From the NCBI GenBank assembly GCA_965226885.1, contig CBDDEL010000013.1:448001-512000 (forward strand): a stretch of 64,000 bases of DNA. Direction: 5' to 3'. Numbering within the stretch: the first letter of the stretch is position 1; the number at the start of each line of letters is the position of its first letter. Made by a program: the position numbers and the translations under genes. Below, piece after piece: positions 31,511 to 42,481 of this stretch. The stretch comes from Opitutales bacterium. Lineage in GTDB: Bacteria > Verrucomicrobiota > Verrucomicrobiia > Opitutales > UBA2987. The notes below the pieces were generated by a model. It did not search any database and was not told the DNA's origin. It was given only the letters and a program-made list of their open reading frames with translations.

Positions 31511-33031
31511 TTATGAGTCGGGTGGCATTTCGGATTTCAGGAACTGATGGACCGCCTGAGGGCTTATGCCCAGGAGCCGGGCGGCTTCACTCTTGTTGCC
31601 TTTTGCCTTTTCGAGGGCTTCGAAAATCAATCGTTTGCGCATGGCGCCGAGGTATTTTTCCATGGAAAATCCTTCTTGCACAACCGGCGATTCTCTTTCT
31701 GGTATCCGGTAATGGGCCGTTTGCATGTCGTCAGTCTGTAAATCCTCTGGTTCGAGGAGGGATTTGGGGCAGAGCATGGCTGCGCGTTCGATTACGTTTT
31801 GCAAATCGCGGATGTTCCCCGGCCAGGGCTGTTTTTCCAGGTTTTCGAGGCTCCTTACGCATAGTTGCTTAGGGATTTTCAGGGAATTGTTGATTCTTTC
31901 CAAAATGTAGAGGGCAAGTTTGGATATATCGCTTCTTCTTTCTCTCAATGTAGGAAGCCAGATTTCCCCCACCCTGAGCCGATAATAAAGGTCGTCTCGA
32001 AAATTTCCCAGGCCGACCTGTTCATTAAGATTTTTGTTGGTGGACGCAATTATGCGCACATTGACTTTGTAGGGCCGGGTGGAGCCCAGAGGATCCGTTT
32101 CCCCATATTCGATTACCCGCAATAATTTTGCTTGAATTTTTAAAGAGAGTTCCCCCAGCTCATCGAGCAGCAGGGTGCCCCCGTCAGCCAATTCGAATTT
32201 CCCTTTTTGGCGCATGATGGCGCCTGTAAAAGCTCCTTTTTTGTGGCCGAACAACAGGCTCTCGGCCAGGGTTTCCGGGATGGAGGCACAATTGACGGTG
32301 ATCAGGGGTTTGTCGGCTCGCTCGCTCATCCGGTGAATAAGCCGAGCCAGGACGTCCTTGCCAGTGCCTGTTTTGCCCTGGATAAGGATGGGGGAATCAT
32401 GCCTGGCGAGGGCCGCGGCGGTGTTAAGCGCTTTGCGGAACAGTGGGTGGTCTCCAATGCAGCCGCACTCTCTTGCCACATCCTCCAATAGGGGTTCATA
32501 CGGCTCAGCAGCAAATAGCTTTCGTCTTCTGAATCTTTCCACGGTGTCGGTCATGCGCATAGGAACTATCTCGAATAATTCCGGTTTTTCCTTTTCGGCA
32601 ACCCGCCTGGGGTTTGAAAATACTGCATGGGCAGGTATTTTTTTATCATGAATCAGTTTATTCCAGCCTGCCTGTTCCTCCTCTGTTCCGGATCCGATAT
32701 TAATAAAGTAATCCCCCTCAGGATTGGCTTTGTGGATTTTGCTAAAGTCATCGTATTGCCGTTTTATTATATCTGTTAATTTACTGGACTTGGGTTCGAG
32801 TATAATCCTGGATTCGATCAATATTAATGGGAATAATTTCTCGATGGCATCTCGGGTTTCCAAGACAGTTGATCTTGTTTCCGATGTCTCCAGAAGAATG
32901 ACCCGCTCTACTTTTATATTCTGCAATATAGCAAGAATAGGGCCAGGATGCTCGAACCCTTCCACCACACCGTGGATATAGGGATTATCCCTATCGGCGT
33001 TTGATATTAGTGTTTTCAAAATGCACTCCAA
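31511..33031 (-). CDS. Sigma54-dependent enhancer-binding protein with RtcR/CARF-like N-terminal domain
   Basis: GKTGTGKD, NCASIPETLAESLLFGHKKGAFTGA, LLLDE, FRDDLYYRL, WPGNIRDL, C-terminal HTH; N-terminal GPILAIL...YFINIGSGT...W pattern. Confidence 0.88.
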   Translation of the reverse strand: MECILKTLISNADRDNPYIHGVVEGFEHPGPILAILQNIKVERVILLETSETRSTVLETRDAIEKLFPLILIESRIILEPKSSKLTDIIKRQYDDFSKIHKANPEGDYFINIGSGTEEEQAGWNKLIHDKKIPAHAVFSNPRRVAEKEKPELFEIVPMRMTDTVERFRRRKLFAAEPYEPLLEDVARECGCIGDHPLFRKALNTAAALARHDSPILIQGKTGTGKDVLARLIHRMSERADKPLITVNCASIPETLAESLLFGHKKGAFTGAIMRQKGKFELADGGTLLLDELGELSLKIQAKLLRVIEYGETDPLGSTRPYKVNVRIIASTNKNLNEQVGLGNFRDDLYYRLRVGEIWLPTLRERRSDISKLALYILERINNSLKIPKQLCVRSLENLEKQPWPGNIRDLQNVIERAAMLCPKSLLEPEDLQTDDMQTAHYRIPERESPVVQEGFSMEKYLGAMRKRLIFEALEKAKGNKSEAARLLGISPQAVHQFLKSEMPPDS

Positions 33032-33173
33032 TATTAAAGGGAAGTTTAAGAAGTTTAAAGCAAAATTTAAAAGGGACTAAAGAATTTTGCGTTCGGTCGG
33101 TTTTAAATGAATGATTTTCAAGCAAAACCTGATAAAATGCAATAATATCAAAAAATTCAATAAATCAAATAAT

Positions 33174-33188
33174 TGGCACAAATAATGC
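33174..33188 (+). promoter_or_regulatory. Putative sigma54 -24/-12 promoter
   Basis: TGGCACAAATAATGC (GG-N10-GC), 25 bp before ATG33214, divergent from the activator gene; IHF-like sites at 33146-33158 and 33163-33175. Confidence 0.7.
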
Positions 33189-33213
33189 GCCATCATCTAG
33201 CCCAGGTTAGGCT

Positions 33214-34991
33214 ATGCAATGGTTAGAATTATTTTTATTTTGTAATTTCGCGATTGGTTTTCTGGGGTTTACATTGCTCCGGATTGTCTTCAGCGACAAC
33301 CTCCTAAAAAGTATTGAAACGGCTCTTTTTGAGGACTATGGCGCTTCTCGAGAAAAGATAATTAATAAAAATTTCACCTTATTTTTGATTTTCGGAAGTT
33401 TTGGATTTTTTTTATTGCTTTGATGTGCACTGGAAAAAGTGGACACGAGATTCTCCTAAATGGAGAATCGAAGCATGGGAAGAAGACGCTTTAGTATAGA
33501 GTTCAAAAATGAGGCAGTTCAACTGATGATACTCGATGGTCTGAGCGCCACCGAGGTATCGACCAAACTTGGGGTCAACACCAACCAATTGTATAGGTGG
33601 AAGAGGCTCTATCTGGACGATCAGCAGGGCGAAGCCACCTCAAAGCGACAGAGCAGTCCGAAGGAGATGGCGGCCGAGATAGATCGTCTTCGCAAAGAGC
33701 TGCGCCGCTCGGAGCGGATCAACCAGATACTAAAAAAAACGGTGGGCTACTTTGCCAAGGACGAACAATGAAGTACCAGTTTGTCAAAGACAACGAGGGG
33801 CGCTTCAAGATCGAGGAAATATGCTCGGCGATGGGGATTTGTCGCAGTGGCTATTACTGCTGGAGGCACCGAGCGCCCTCGGCCCGGCGGATCGAGGACG
33901 AGGGAATCAAGGGGGCGATCCTGAAGGTACACAAAGAGGCCAAGGGCCGCTATGGGCATCGGCCAATGCACCGCCATCTGAAGGATGATGAGGGCATCGA
34001 TTGCGGCCGTGACCGGGCTCTGCGTCTGATGCGTGAAATGGGAATCAAAAGCACCCAGAGTAAACGCTTTAAGCCATTAAAAACCAACAGTAACCATCCC
34101 TATGGTTACAGCCCCAATGTGCTTAAAAAGCATGGCCAGCCGACCCATATCGACGAGGTCTGGGTGGCGGACACGACCTACCTACGGACCCTGGCCGGTT
34201 GGATGTACTTGGCCACGGTGATGGACCTGTTCAGCCGACGCCTGCTGGGCTGGAGCGTTTCCAACCACAACGACGCGAAGCTGGTTGGCAAGGCCCTCAA
34301 AGCCGCGGCCATGACCCGCGGCACACTGCGCACCGGGATTATTCATCACAGCGATCGGGGCAGCCCCTACGCCAGCGACGACTATCAGAGGCTGGTCTCT
34401 GAACTAGGCATGAAGCCGAGCATGAGCGCCCAAGGCAACTGCTACGACAACGCGGCCATGGAATCGTTCTACGGCCGCTTCAAGACCAGCACGATTCGAG
34501 GCCGCCACTTTGCCGACGAGCGCGAACTGCGATCAACTGTCTTCGAATACGTGGAAATCTTCTACAACCGATATCGCAAACATTCCTCTCTGAGTTACCA
34601 AAGCCCAGTCCAATTCGAGGAAAATATTTGCCCCCCATGGGGGGCAACGAGAAAACAAAACCCTTTACCAAAACAAGCCGCCTGACACACTAATCAATAA
34701 ACAATGAATATAAGAGAATCCCGTGTCCAACAAATCCAGTACACGTCACTTAAATTGAACTATGACTTTCAACGGTGTGTTGGTTTATTGAACCGGGCTG
34801 CCATGAGGAGGAAAGGTCAATGCTTTCTTCGGTCTGACAAAACACCCTCATTGATTCTTAACCAATCCGGAAGAATCATCGAAAACAATAATAAAGGATG
34901 TCTTGATTTTGGACTTCAAAGAGCATCGACGATTGGCGTGCCCTTTTCCACTATTTGGAAAGGGGAAGGGCAGGCCAAAATATTTTCTTAA
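33214..34991 (+). pseudogene. Small membrane protein (2 TM plus partial PAS-like tail, about 148 aa) interrupted by IS3
   Basis: ...FFLLL|KLNYDFQ... rejoins in frame across TSD ctt; tail TPSLILNQSGRIIENNNKGCLDFGLQRASTIGVPFSTIW. Confidence 0.7.
33421..34748 (+). mobile_element. IS3-family element 1, copy 1 (orfA 33460..33771, orfB to 34685)
   Basis: TG...CA imperfect IRs; 3-bp TSD ctt; -1 site A_AAA_AAC; WVADTTY, HHSDRGSPY, DNAAMESF DDE motifs. Confidence 0.97.
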
Positions 34992-35559
34992 TTAAAATCA
35001 TCATTCAAAAGGCAATTCGGCCAATATTTATTGAATTTGACTGTAGTAATAAAAAATCCAAAAACATATTATAATATTTTAAAAATAGTGATAATTGCCA
35101 ATTCGCAATGAAAGCAGGGATTTGGATCGAATTATTAGAAAATACCTATTTTTAGCGATTATGAATGTTCATATGGGAAATCTCGGGATGTATAGTATTA
35201 TAGTGTTAGGCAAAGAAAAGAGGAGGAAGAAAAGATAACCAACGTAGATAAAGACAAAGAGGAACAACCGGGAGATGTAAAGCCAATTCCGGCGGAAAAG
35301 GTTGGAGAAGTACAGAAAAAGGAGGAGAAAGCCCTGCCTTCTTCGCCTTCAGTAATTCCACCGATAACCACGGTTGGACCATCTCAAACGTCACAAGTTC
35401 CGATCAAAATAATGATAGAAATTGCGGAGAACAAAAACTTAACGTTTGAGGATAAGAGAAATTTGATAGAGCACGCAACTCAACGATTCAAGAACAGAAG
35501 AAGGATGGCTTACATCGCTTTAGCAACAATTGTGGTTTCTATAGGTTTGTTGTTTCTAG

Positions 35560-37140
35560 CCCGGATATTTCGTAAAAAAAGTATCGTTGATATGCTTAAC
35601 TGCTGATATACAGAAGGATAGATCAATAATTAAAGCAATATCAGCGATGACAAAAGGTAAACAATTAAAGCTACAGTTGACAAGGGTAAAAGGCCGCCGT
35701 GTGCGGGTTGATTTCAAGGGCGGAGAGGTTACTTCGGATGCCGGACTGCTTTTGATCCGGGAAGTGGATCGGCAGTTGGGCTTGACCGAACGAGCGGCCC
35801 GACAGTTAGTGGACAAACGGCAGAAGGGCAAAGTACGCCATGAGGTATTGGGGATGCTGCGGCAGCGCGTTTACGGGCTGGTGGCGGGCTATGAGGATTT
35901 GAACGACTTTGATACCCTGCGCCACGATCCATTGTTGCAAACGGTAACGGGGCGCATTGAAACGTTGGCCAGCGCGCCGACTTTGTGTCGTTTTGAAAAC
36001 GGGCAGGATCGGCGGGCGGCCTTTGCGGTAAACGAGCTGTTGGTCGAACAGTTCATGGGCTCCTTTGCCGAGGAACCCGAAGAGATCATCCTGGACTTTG
36101 ACGGCACCGACAATCCGGTGCACGGGCTCCAGGAGGGACGTTTTTTCCACGGTTATTATGATCATTACTGTTTTCTGCCGCTATATGTTTTTTGCGGTGA
36201 TCAGCTGCTGGTGGCCTACCTGCGGCCGAGCAAGATCGATGCCAGCAAGCATGCCGGGGCCATCCTCAAATTGCTGGTTAAACGGATTCGCCAAAGCTGG
36301 CCCCGTACGCGGATTATTTGGCGCGCCGACAGTGGATTTTGTCGAGACCGGATACTCTCTTGGTGCGACCGCAACGAAGTTAGTTACATCGTGGGGATGG
36401 CTCGCAATGCACGCTTGCAGCAAGACGCCCAGCAGTTGCAAAAGCAGGCCAAAGAATGGTTCGAACTAAGGGGTAAAAAACAACGGTTATTCCAGGACTT
36501 CGTCTATGCTGCCGATTCGTGGCGATGGCTGCGGTTGGTCATCCATAAAGCCGAACACACCGCACAGGGGTCCAACCCGCGCTTCGTGGTGACGAACCTG
36601 CCGGGCGATCCCCAGGAGCTTTACGACAAGGTATACTGTGGCCGCGGTGAAATGGAGAACCGAATCAAGGAACAGATGCAATTGTTCAGCGAGCGCACCA
36701 GCGCCCATCAATGGTGGGCCAATCAGTGGCGATTGCTCTTGTCGGCGCTGGCCTACACCTTGATGGAAGCCATGCGCCGGTTAGCCTTAAAAGGGACGAA
36801 GTGGGCGCGGGCCCAATGCCACACCCTGCGGCTCAAATTAATCAAGATCGGAGCGGTCATCGTGCGCAACACCCGAACGATTCACTTTCACCTAAGTGAG
36901 AGTTATCCTTGGGCCAGTCTTTTCAACCATGCGGCCCGCCGATTGGTGCCAACCTAAAGGGTGCATTGGTGCTGCCCCCGGCACTACCGAACCAATGGGG
37001 GAAAGGGGGCAGTGTCTCTACACCCTGAAAAACACCTAAAAATCAAGACGATCTGCTCAAAATACAAAGAAATCCATCTCCAATAGCAATAACGAGCCAA
37101 ACTTTACGAGCCAAACTTTACCCTTCATGAAATATCCGGG
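35560..37140 (+). mobile_element. IS1380-family element, copy 1 (transposase about 35647..36957)
   Basis: IRs cccggatatttc...gaaatatccggg; 4-bp TSD ctag; TSDAGLLL, ILDFD, RADSGF, RGEMENRIKE motifs. Confidence 0.97.
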
Positions 37141-37381
37141 CTAGGTGCCTTTTTCGATGGATACTTTTTTGGGTAGTGTATTAAGTAGGAATGGTGGCTA
37201 ATTCTTGATTATATTGATGAATGAAAAGTCTCAGACAGGTTTCATGCATACTCTTAAGCTTGGAAAAGGAGAGGGTTTTGCGTGTGAAACGACCCAGTCG
37301 TTGGCGCAGGGTATTGTTCCATCGTTCCACATGGGCCGTTTCACCGGTTTCTTTTCCCACGGATCGGTTATGAGGAAAGAC

Positions 37382-38987
37382 GGGAGTGTATAAAAAAAGA
37401 ATGTTATTTTGTATTTTTAGCTGTACAAATAGCGTTAGGCAGTTTATTCTTAGTGCATGGTTACTAAAATTATTAATTGTCGGCACTGTGGAAGTGAAAA
37501 TATCATTAAATTTGGCAAGACGCCCAACCATAAACAGCGCTACCGCTGCCATGATTGTGGTAAACAAAGCCGCGAAAACCCCACAGTGAAATACACCGAA
37601 GAGCAAAAAGAAATGGGTAGTGTTAACATTTTGAATGTTTAAGCTGTACTTTTTAGCGTGATTATGTTGTGAACTGGGAATGGTCCATATCACAGTAAAA
37701 TGTCCTCAATGCGGAAGCGATCACATCATCAAGCACGGCAAGGATCCGAAAGGGGTTCAGAAGTATCGATGCAAGGGGTGTGGTTATCAGTTTCGGCTTC
37801 ACCCCAAAAGTCGTGAGCATCCTCCGGCGCTGGTCAAGCAGGTGCTCCGTGCGCACCAAAACCGGATGAGCCTGCGTGCCATTTACCGTACCTTCGGGGT
37901 AGCCCCAAAGACGGTCATCGAATGGATTAAAAAAAAGTCCTGAGTTTGCCGAAGCTGGAGTCCACTCTGCTTGCCCGCCAGTGTAGTGATGTGCTGGAAC
38001 TGGACGAGGTGTGGTCATTCTGGGGCGATAAGCGTTCGGGGCAGGTATGGCTATGGGTAGCCTTGTGTCGACGTACCCGACAGGTCGTCGGGTTTTCTCT
38101 GGGTGATCGTAGCGATCAAACGTGCTGGCAGTTGTATCACAACATCGCCCAGCCCTATCGCGACTGTGCCACCGTAAGCGATTACTGGGAAAGCTACGAC
38201 AAGGTTTTCCCTCACAACAGCGCCAGCGGGAAACAATCCGGCCAAACCGCCCATATCGAACGCTGGAACAATACCTTGCGACAGTCCCTGTCACGCTATG
38301 TGCGTAAAACGCTGTCATTCTCGAAGTCTTTGGTCATGCATTTTCGCGTCCTGTGCTTGTTCATCTGGGAATACAACAGCAATATCAAACATTCGTCATG
38401 TTAACACTACCAAGAAATGATCCTTCGAGTCTATCAGGAACGCAGCAGTCTACGCGGTTTACAGCGCGCCTTCGGGGTGAGTCCCAACACCGTTTTGAGT
38501 TGGTTAAAAAAAACGACAATCGCTACGACCGCTCAAAAGCACGATTCTTGCGGCCCGCCGCCATGATGTCATTGAACTGGACGAACTGTGATCTTTTGTG
38601 GGGCGCAAGAGCGATGCCCAATGGGTTTGGATCGCTCTTTGCCGACGCACCCGTCAAATCCTCTCCTATGCCATTGGGCCTCGGGATTGGTATCGTTGCC
38701 GGGAACTTTACGAGCGTCTGCCACGGGCCTACAAAAGATGTGCCACCTACAGCGACTTTTGGAGCACTTATGATGAAGTCTTTCCTCATAACCGATCCGT
38801 GGGAAAAGAAACCGGTGAAACGGCCCATGTGGAACGATGGAACAATACCCTGCGCCAACGACTGGGTCGTTTCACACGCAAAACCCTCTCCTTTTCCAAG
38901 CTTAAGAGTATGCATGAAACCTGTCTGAGACTTTTCATTCATCAATATAATCAAGAATTAGCCACCATTCCTACTTAATATACTACC
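37382..38987 (+). mobile_element. IS1-A copy 4 (middle), defective, interrupted by IS1-B
   Basis: TSD ggaaagac (37374-37381 / 38988-38995); substitutions in both IRs; TGG>TGA in insB at about 38591. Confidence 0.96.
37616..38411 (+). mobile_element. IS1-B copy 2 (inner; insA 37680..37943, insB to 38404)
   Basis: TSD aagaaatg (37608-37615 / 38412-38419); 796 bp, near-identical to 7873..8668. Confidence 0.97.
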
Positions 38988-39634
38988 GGAAAGACTTCAT
39001 CATAAGTGCTCCAAAAGTCGCTGTAGGTGGCACATCTTTTGTAGGCCCGTGGCAGACGCTCGTAAAGTTCCCGGCAACGATACCAATCCCGAGGCCCAAT
39101 GGCATAGGAGAGGATTTGACGGGTGCGTCGGCAAAGAGCGATCCAAACCCATTGGGCATCGCTCTTGCGCCCCACAAAAGACCACAGTTCGTCCAGTTCA
39201 ATGACATCATGGCGGCGGGCCGCAAGAATCGTGCTTTTGAGCGGTCGCAGCGATTGTCGTTTTTTTTAACCAACTCAAAACGGTGTTGGGACTCACCCCG
39301 AAGGCGCGCTGTAAACCGCGTAGACTGCTGCGTTCCTGATAGACTCGAAGGATCATTTCTTTTTGCTCTTCGGTGTATTTCACTGTGGGGTTTTCGCGGC
39401 TTTGTTTACCACAATCATGGCAGCGGTAGCGCTGTTTATGGTTGGGCGTCTTGCCAAATTTAATGATATTTTCACTTCCACAGTGCCGACAATTAATAAT
39501 TTTAGTAACCATGCACTAAGAATAAACTGCCTAACGCTATTTGTACAGCTAAAAATACAAAATAACATTCTTTTTTTATACACTACCCTTTTTTGCAGCT
39601 TGTCCAGAGAAACATTCGTGTAAAGGCGTGCTAG

Positions 39635-41201
39635 CCCGGATATTTCATGAAGGGTAAAGTTTGGCTCGTTATTGCTATTGGAGATGGATTTCTTTGTATT
39701 TTGAGCAGATCGTCTTGATTTTTAGGTGTTTTTCAGGGTGTAGAGACACTGCCCCCTTTCCCCCATTGGTTCGGTAGTGCCGGGGGCAGCACCAATGCAC
39801 CCTTTAGGTTGGCACCAATCGGCGGGCCGCATGGTTGAAAAGACTGGCCCAAGGATAACTCTCACTTAGGTGAAAGTGAATCGTTCGGGTGTTGCGCACG
39901 ATGACCGCTCCGATCTTGATTAATTTGAGCCGCAGGGTGTGCCATTGGGCCCGCGGCCACTTCGTCCCTTTTAAGGCTAACCGGCGCATGGCTTCCATCA
40001 AGGTGTAGGCCAGCGCCGACAAGAGCAATCGCCACTGATTGGCCCACCATTGATGGGCGCTGGTGCGCTCGCTGAACAATTGCATCTGTTCCTTGATTCG
40101 GTTCTCCATTTCACCGCGGCCACAGTATACCTTGTCGTAAAGCTCCTGGGGATCGCCCGGCAGGTTCGTCACCACGAAGCGCGGGTTGGACCCCTGTGCG
40201 GTGTGTTCGGCTTTATGGATGACCAACCGCAGCCATCGCCACGAATCGGCAGCATAGACGAAGTCCTGGAATAACCGTTGTTTTTTACCCCTTAGTTCGA
40301 ACCATTCTTTGGCCTGCTTTTGCAACTGCTGGGCGTCTTGCTGCAAGCGTGCATTGCGAGCCATCCCCACGATGTAACTAACTTCGTTGCGGTCGCACCA
40401 AGAGAGTATCCGGTCTCGACAAAATCCACTGTCGGCGCGCCAAATAATCCGCGTACGGGGCCAGCTTTGGCGAATCCGTTTAACCAGCAATTTGAGGATG
40501 GCCCCGGCATGCTTGCTGGCATCGATCTTGCTCGGCCGCAGGTAGGCCACCAGCAGCTGATCACCGCAAAAAACATATAGCGGCAGAAAACAGTAATGAT
40601 CATAATAACCGTGGAAAAAACGTCCCTCCTGGAGCCCGTGCACCGGATTGTCGGTGGCGTCAAAGTCCAGGATGATCTCTTCGGGTTCCTCGGCAAAGGA
40701 GCCCATGAACTGTTCGACCAACAGCTCGTTTACCGCAAAGGCCGCCCGCCGATCCTGCCCGTTTTCAAAACGACACAAAGTCGGCGCGCTGGCCAACGTT
40801 TCAATGCGCCCCGTTACCGTTTGCAACAATGGATCGTGGCGCAGGGTATCAAAGTCGTTCAAATCCTCATAGCCCGCCACCAGCCCGTAAACGCGCTGCC
40901 GCAGCATCCCCAATACCTCATGGCGTACTTTGCCCTTCTGCCGTTTGTCCACTAACTGTCGGGCCGCTCGTTCGGTCAAGCCCAACTGCCGATCCACTTC
41001 CCGGATCAAAAGCAGTCCGGCATCCGAAGTAACCTCTCCGCCCTTGAAATCAACCCGCACACGGCGGCCTTTTACCCTTGTCAACTGTAGCTTTAATTGT
41101 TTACCTTTTGTCATCGCTGATATTGCTTTAATTATTGATCTATCCTGCTGTATATCAGCAGTTAAGCATATCAACGATACTTTTTTTACGAAATATCCGG
41201 G
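39635..41201 (-). mobile_element. IS1380 copy 2, complete (transposase 39804..41114)
   Basis: Both IRs present; flanks ctag / atag differ. Confidence 0.96.
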
Positions 41202-42344
41202 ATAGCCCGCCACCAGCCCGTAAACGCGCTGCCGCAGCATCCCCAATACCTCATGGCGTACTTTGCCCTTCTGCCGTTTGTCCACTAACTGTCGGGCCGC
41301 TCGTTCGGTCAAGCCCAACTGCCGATCCACTTCCCGGATCAAAAGCAGTCCGGCATCCGAAGTAACCTCTCCGCCCTTGAAATCAACCCGCACACGGCGG
41401 CCTTTTACCCTTGTCAACTGGGTAGTGTATAAAAAAAGAATGTTATTCTGTATTTTTAGCTGTACAAATAGCGTTAGGCAGTTTATTCTTAGTGCATGGT
41501 TACTAAAATTATTAATTGTCGGCACTGTGGAAGTGAAAATATCATTAAATTTGGCAAGACGCCCAACCATAAACAGCGCTACCGCTGCCATGATTGTGGT
41601 AAACAAAGCCGCGAAAACCCCACAGTGAAATACACCGAAGAGCAAAAAGAAATGATCCTTCGAGTCTATCAGGAACGCAGCAGTCTACGCGGTTTACAGC
41701 GCGCCTTCGGGGTGAGTCCCAACACCGTTTTGAGTTGGTTAAAAAAAACGACAATCGCTGCGACCGCTCAAAAGCACGATTCTTGCGGCCCGCCGCCATG
41801 ATGTCATTGAACTGGACGAACTGTGGTCTTTTGTGGGGCGCAAGAGCGATGCCCAATGGGTTTGGATCGCTCTTTGCCGACGCACCCGTCAAATCCTCTC
41901 CTATGCCATTGGGCCTCGGGATTGGTATCGTTGCCGGGAACTTTACGAGCGTCTGCCACGGGCCTACAAAAGATGTGCCACCTACAGCGACTTTTGGAGC
42001 ACTTATGATGAAGTCTTTCCTCATAACCGATCCGTGGGAAAAGAAACCGGTGAAACGGCCCATGTGGAACGATGGAACAATACCCTGCGCCAACGACTGG
42101 GTCGTTTCACACGCAAAACCCTCTCCTTTTCCAAGCTTAAGAGTATGCATGAAACCTGTCTGAGACTTTTCATTCATCAATATAATCAAGAATTAGCCAC
42201 CATTCCTACTTAATACACTACCGTCAACTGCAGCTTTAATTGTTTACCTTTTGTCATCGCTGATATTGCTTTAATTATTGATCTATCCTGCTGTATATCA
42301 GCAGTTAAGCATATCAACGATACTTTTTTTACGAAATATCCGGG
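41202..42344 (-). mobile_element. IS1380 copy 3, 5' fragment only, interrupted by IS1-A
   Basis: 41202-41420 and 42223-42344 match the 5' part of IS1380; left IR ends at 42344, followed by ttag. Confidence 0.95.
41421..42222 (+). mobile_element. IS1-A copy 5 (insA 41496..41801, insB to 42213)
   Basis: 802 bp; TSD gtcaactg (41413-41420 / 42223-42230). Confidence 0.97.
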
Positions 42345-42481
42345 TTAGTCGTCTTTACAAAGAGATTGGTAGTTTAAAGTAGTTCTTATTGGCCTATTTA
42401 TTAAATACCAAATTAATAGTCTATGCGTAGAAAATTATCGTAGAAAATTATGGTCGTAATTTATGCCCATGATTCTATTTT

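Larger units (their letters stand above)
37172..39587 (-). mobile_element. IS1-A copy 3 (outer), interrupted by nested IS1-A/IS1-B
   Basis: TSD cttttttg (37164-37171 / 39588-39595); length 2416 = 802 + 1606 + 8. Confidence 0.96.
35412..39634 (+). pseudogene. Small membrane protein split by three insertions; 3' end lost
   Basis: Pieces 35412-35559, 37145-37171, 39596-39634 read in frame as ...RFKNRRRMAYIALATIVVSIGLLFL-GAFFDGYFF-AACPEKHSCKGVL. Confidence 0.7.

Noticed and set aside
39804..41645. 613-aa ORF suggesting a novel extended transposase
   Set aside because: Chance read-through across IS1-A antisense, IS1380 copy 3 and copy 2; the real transposase starts at about 41114.
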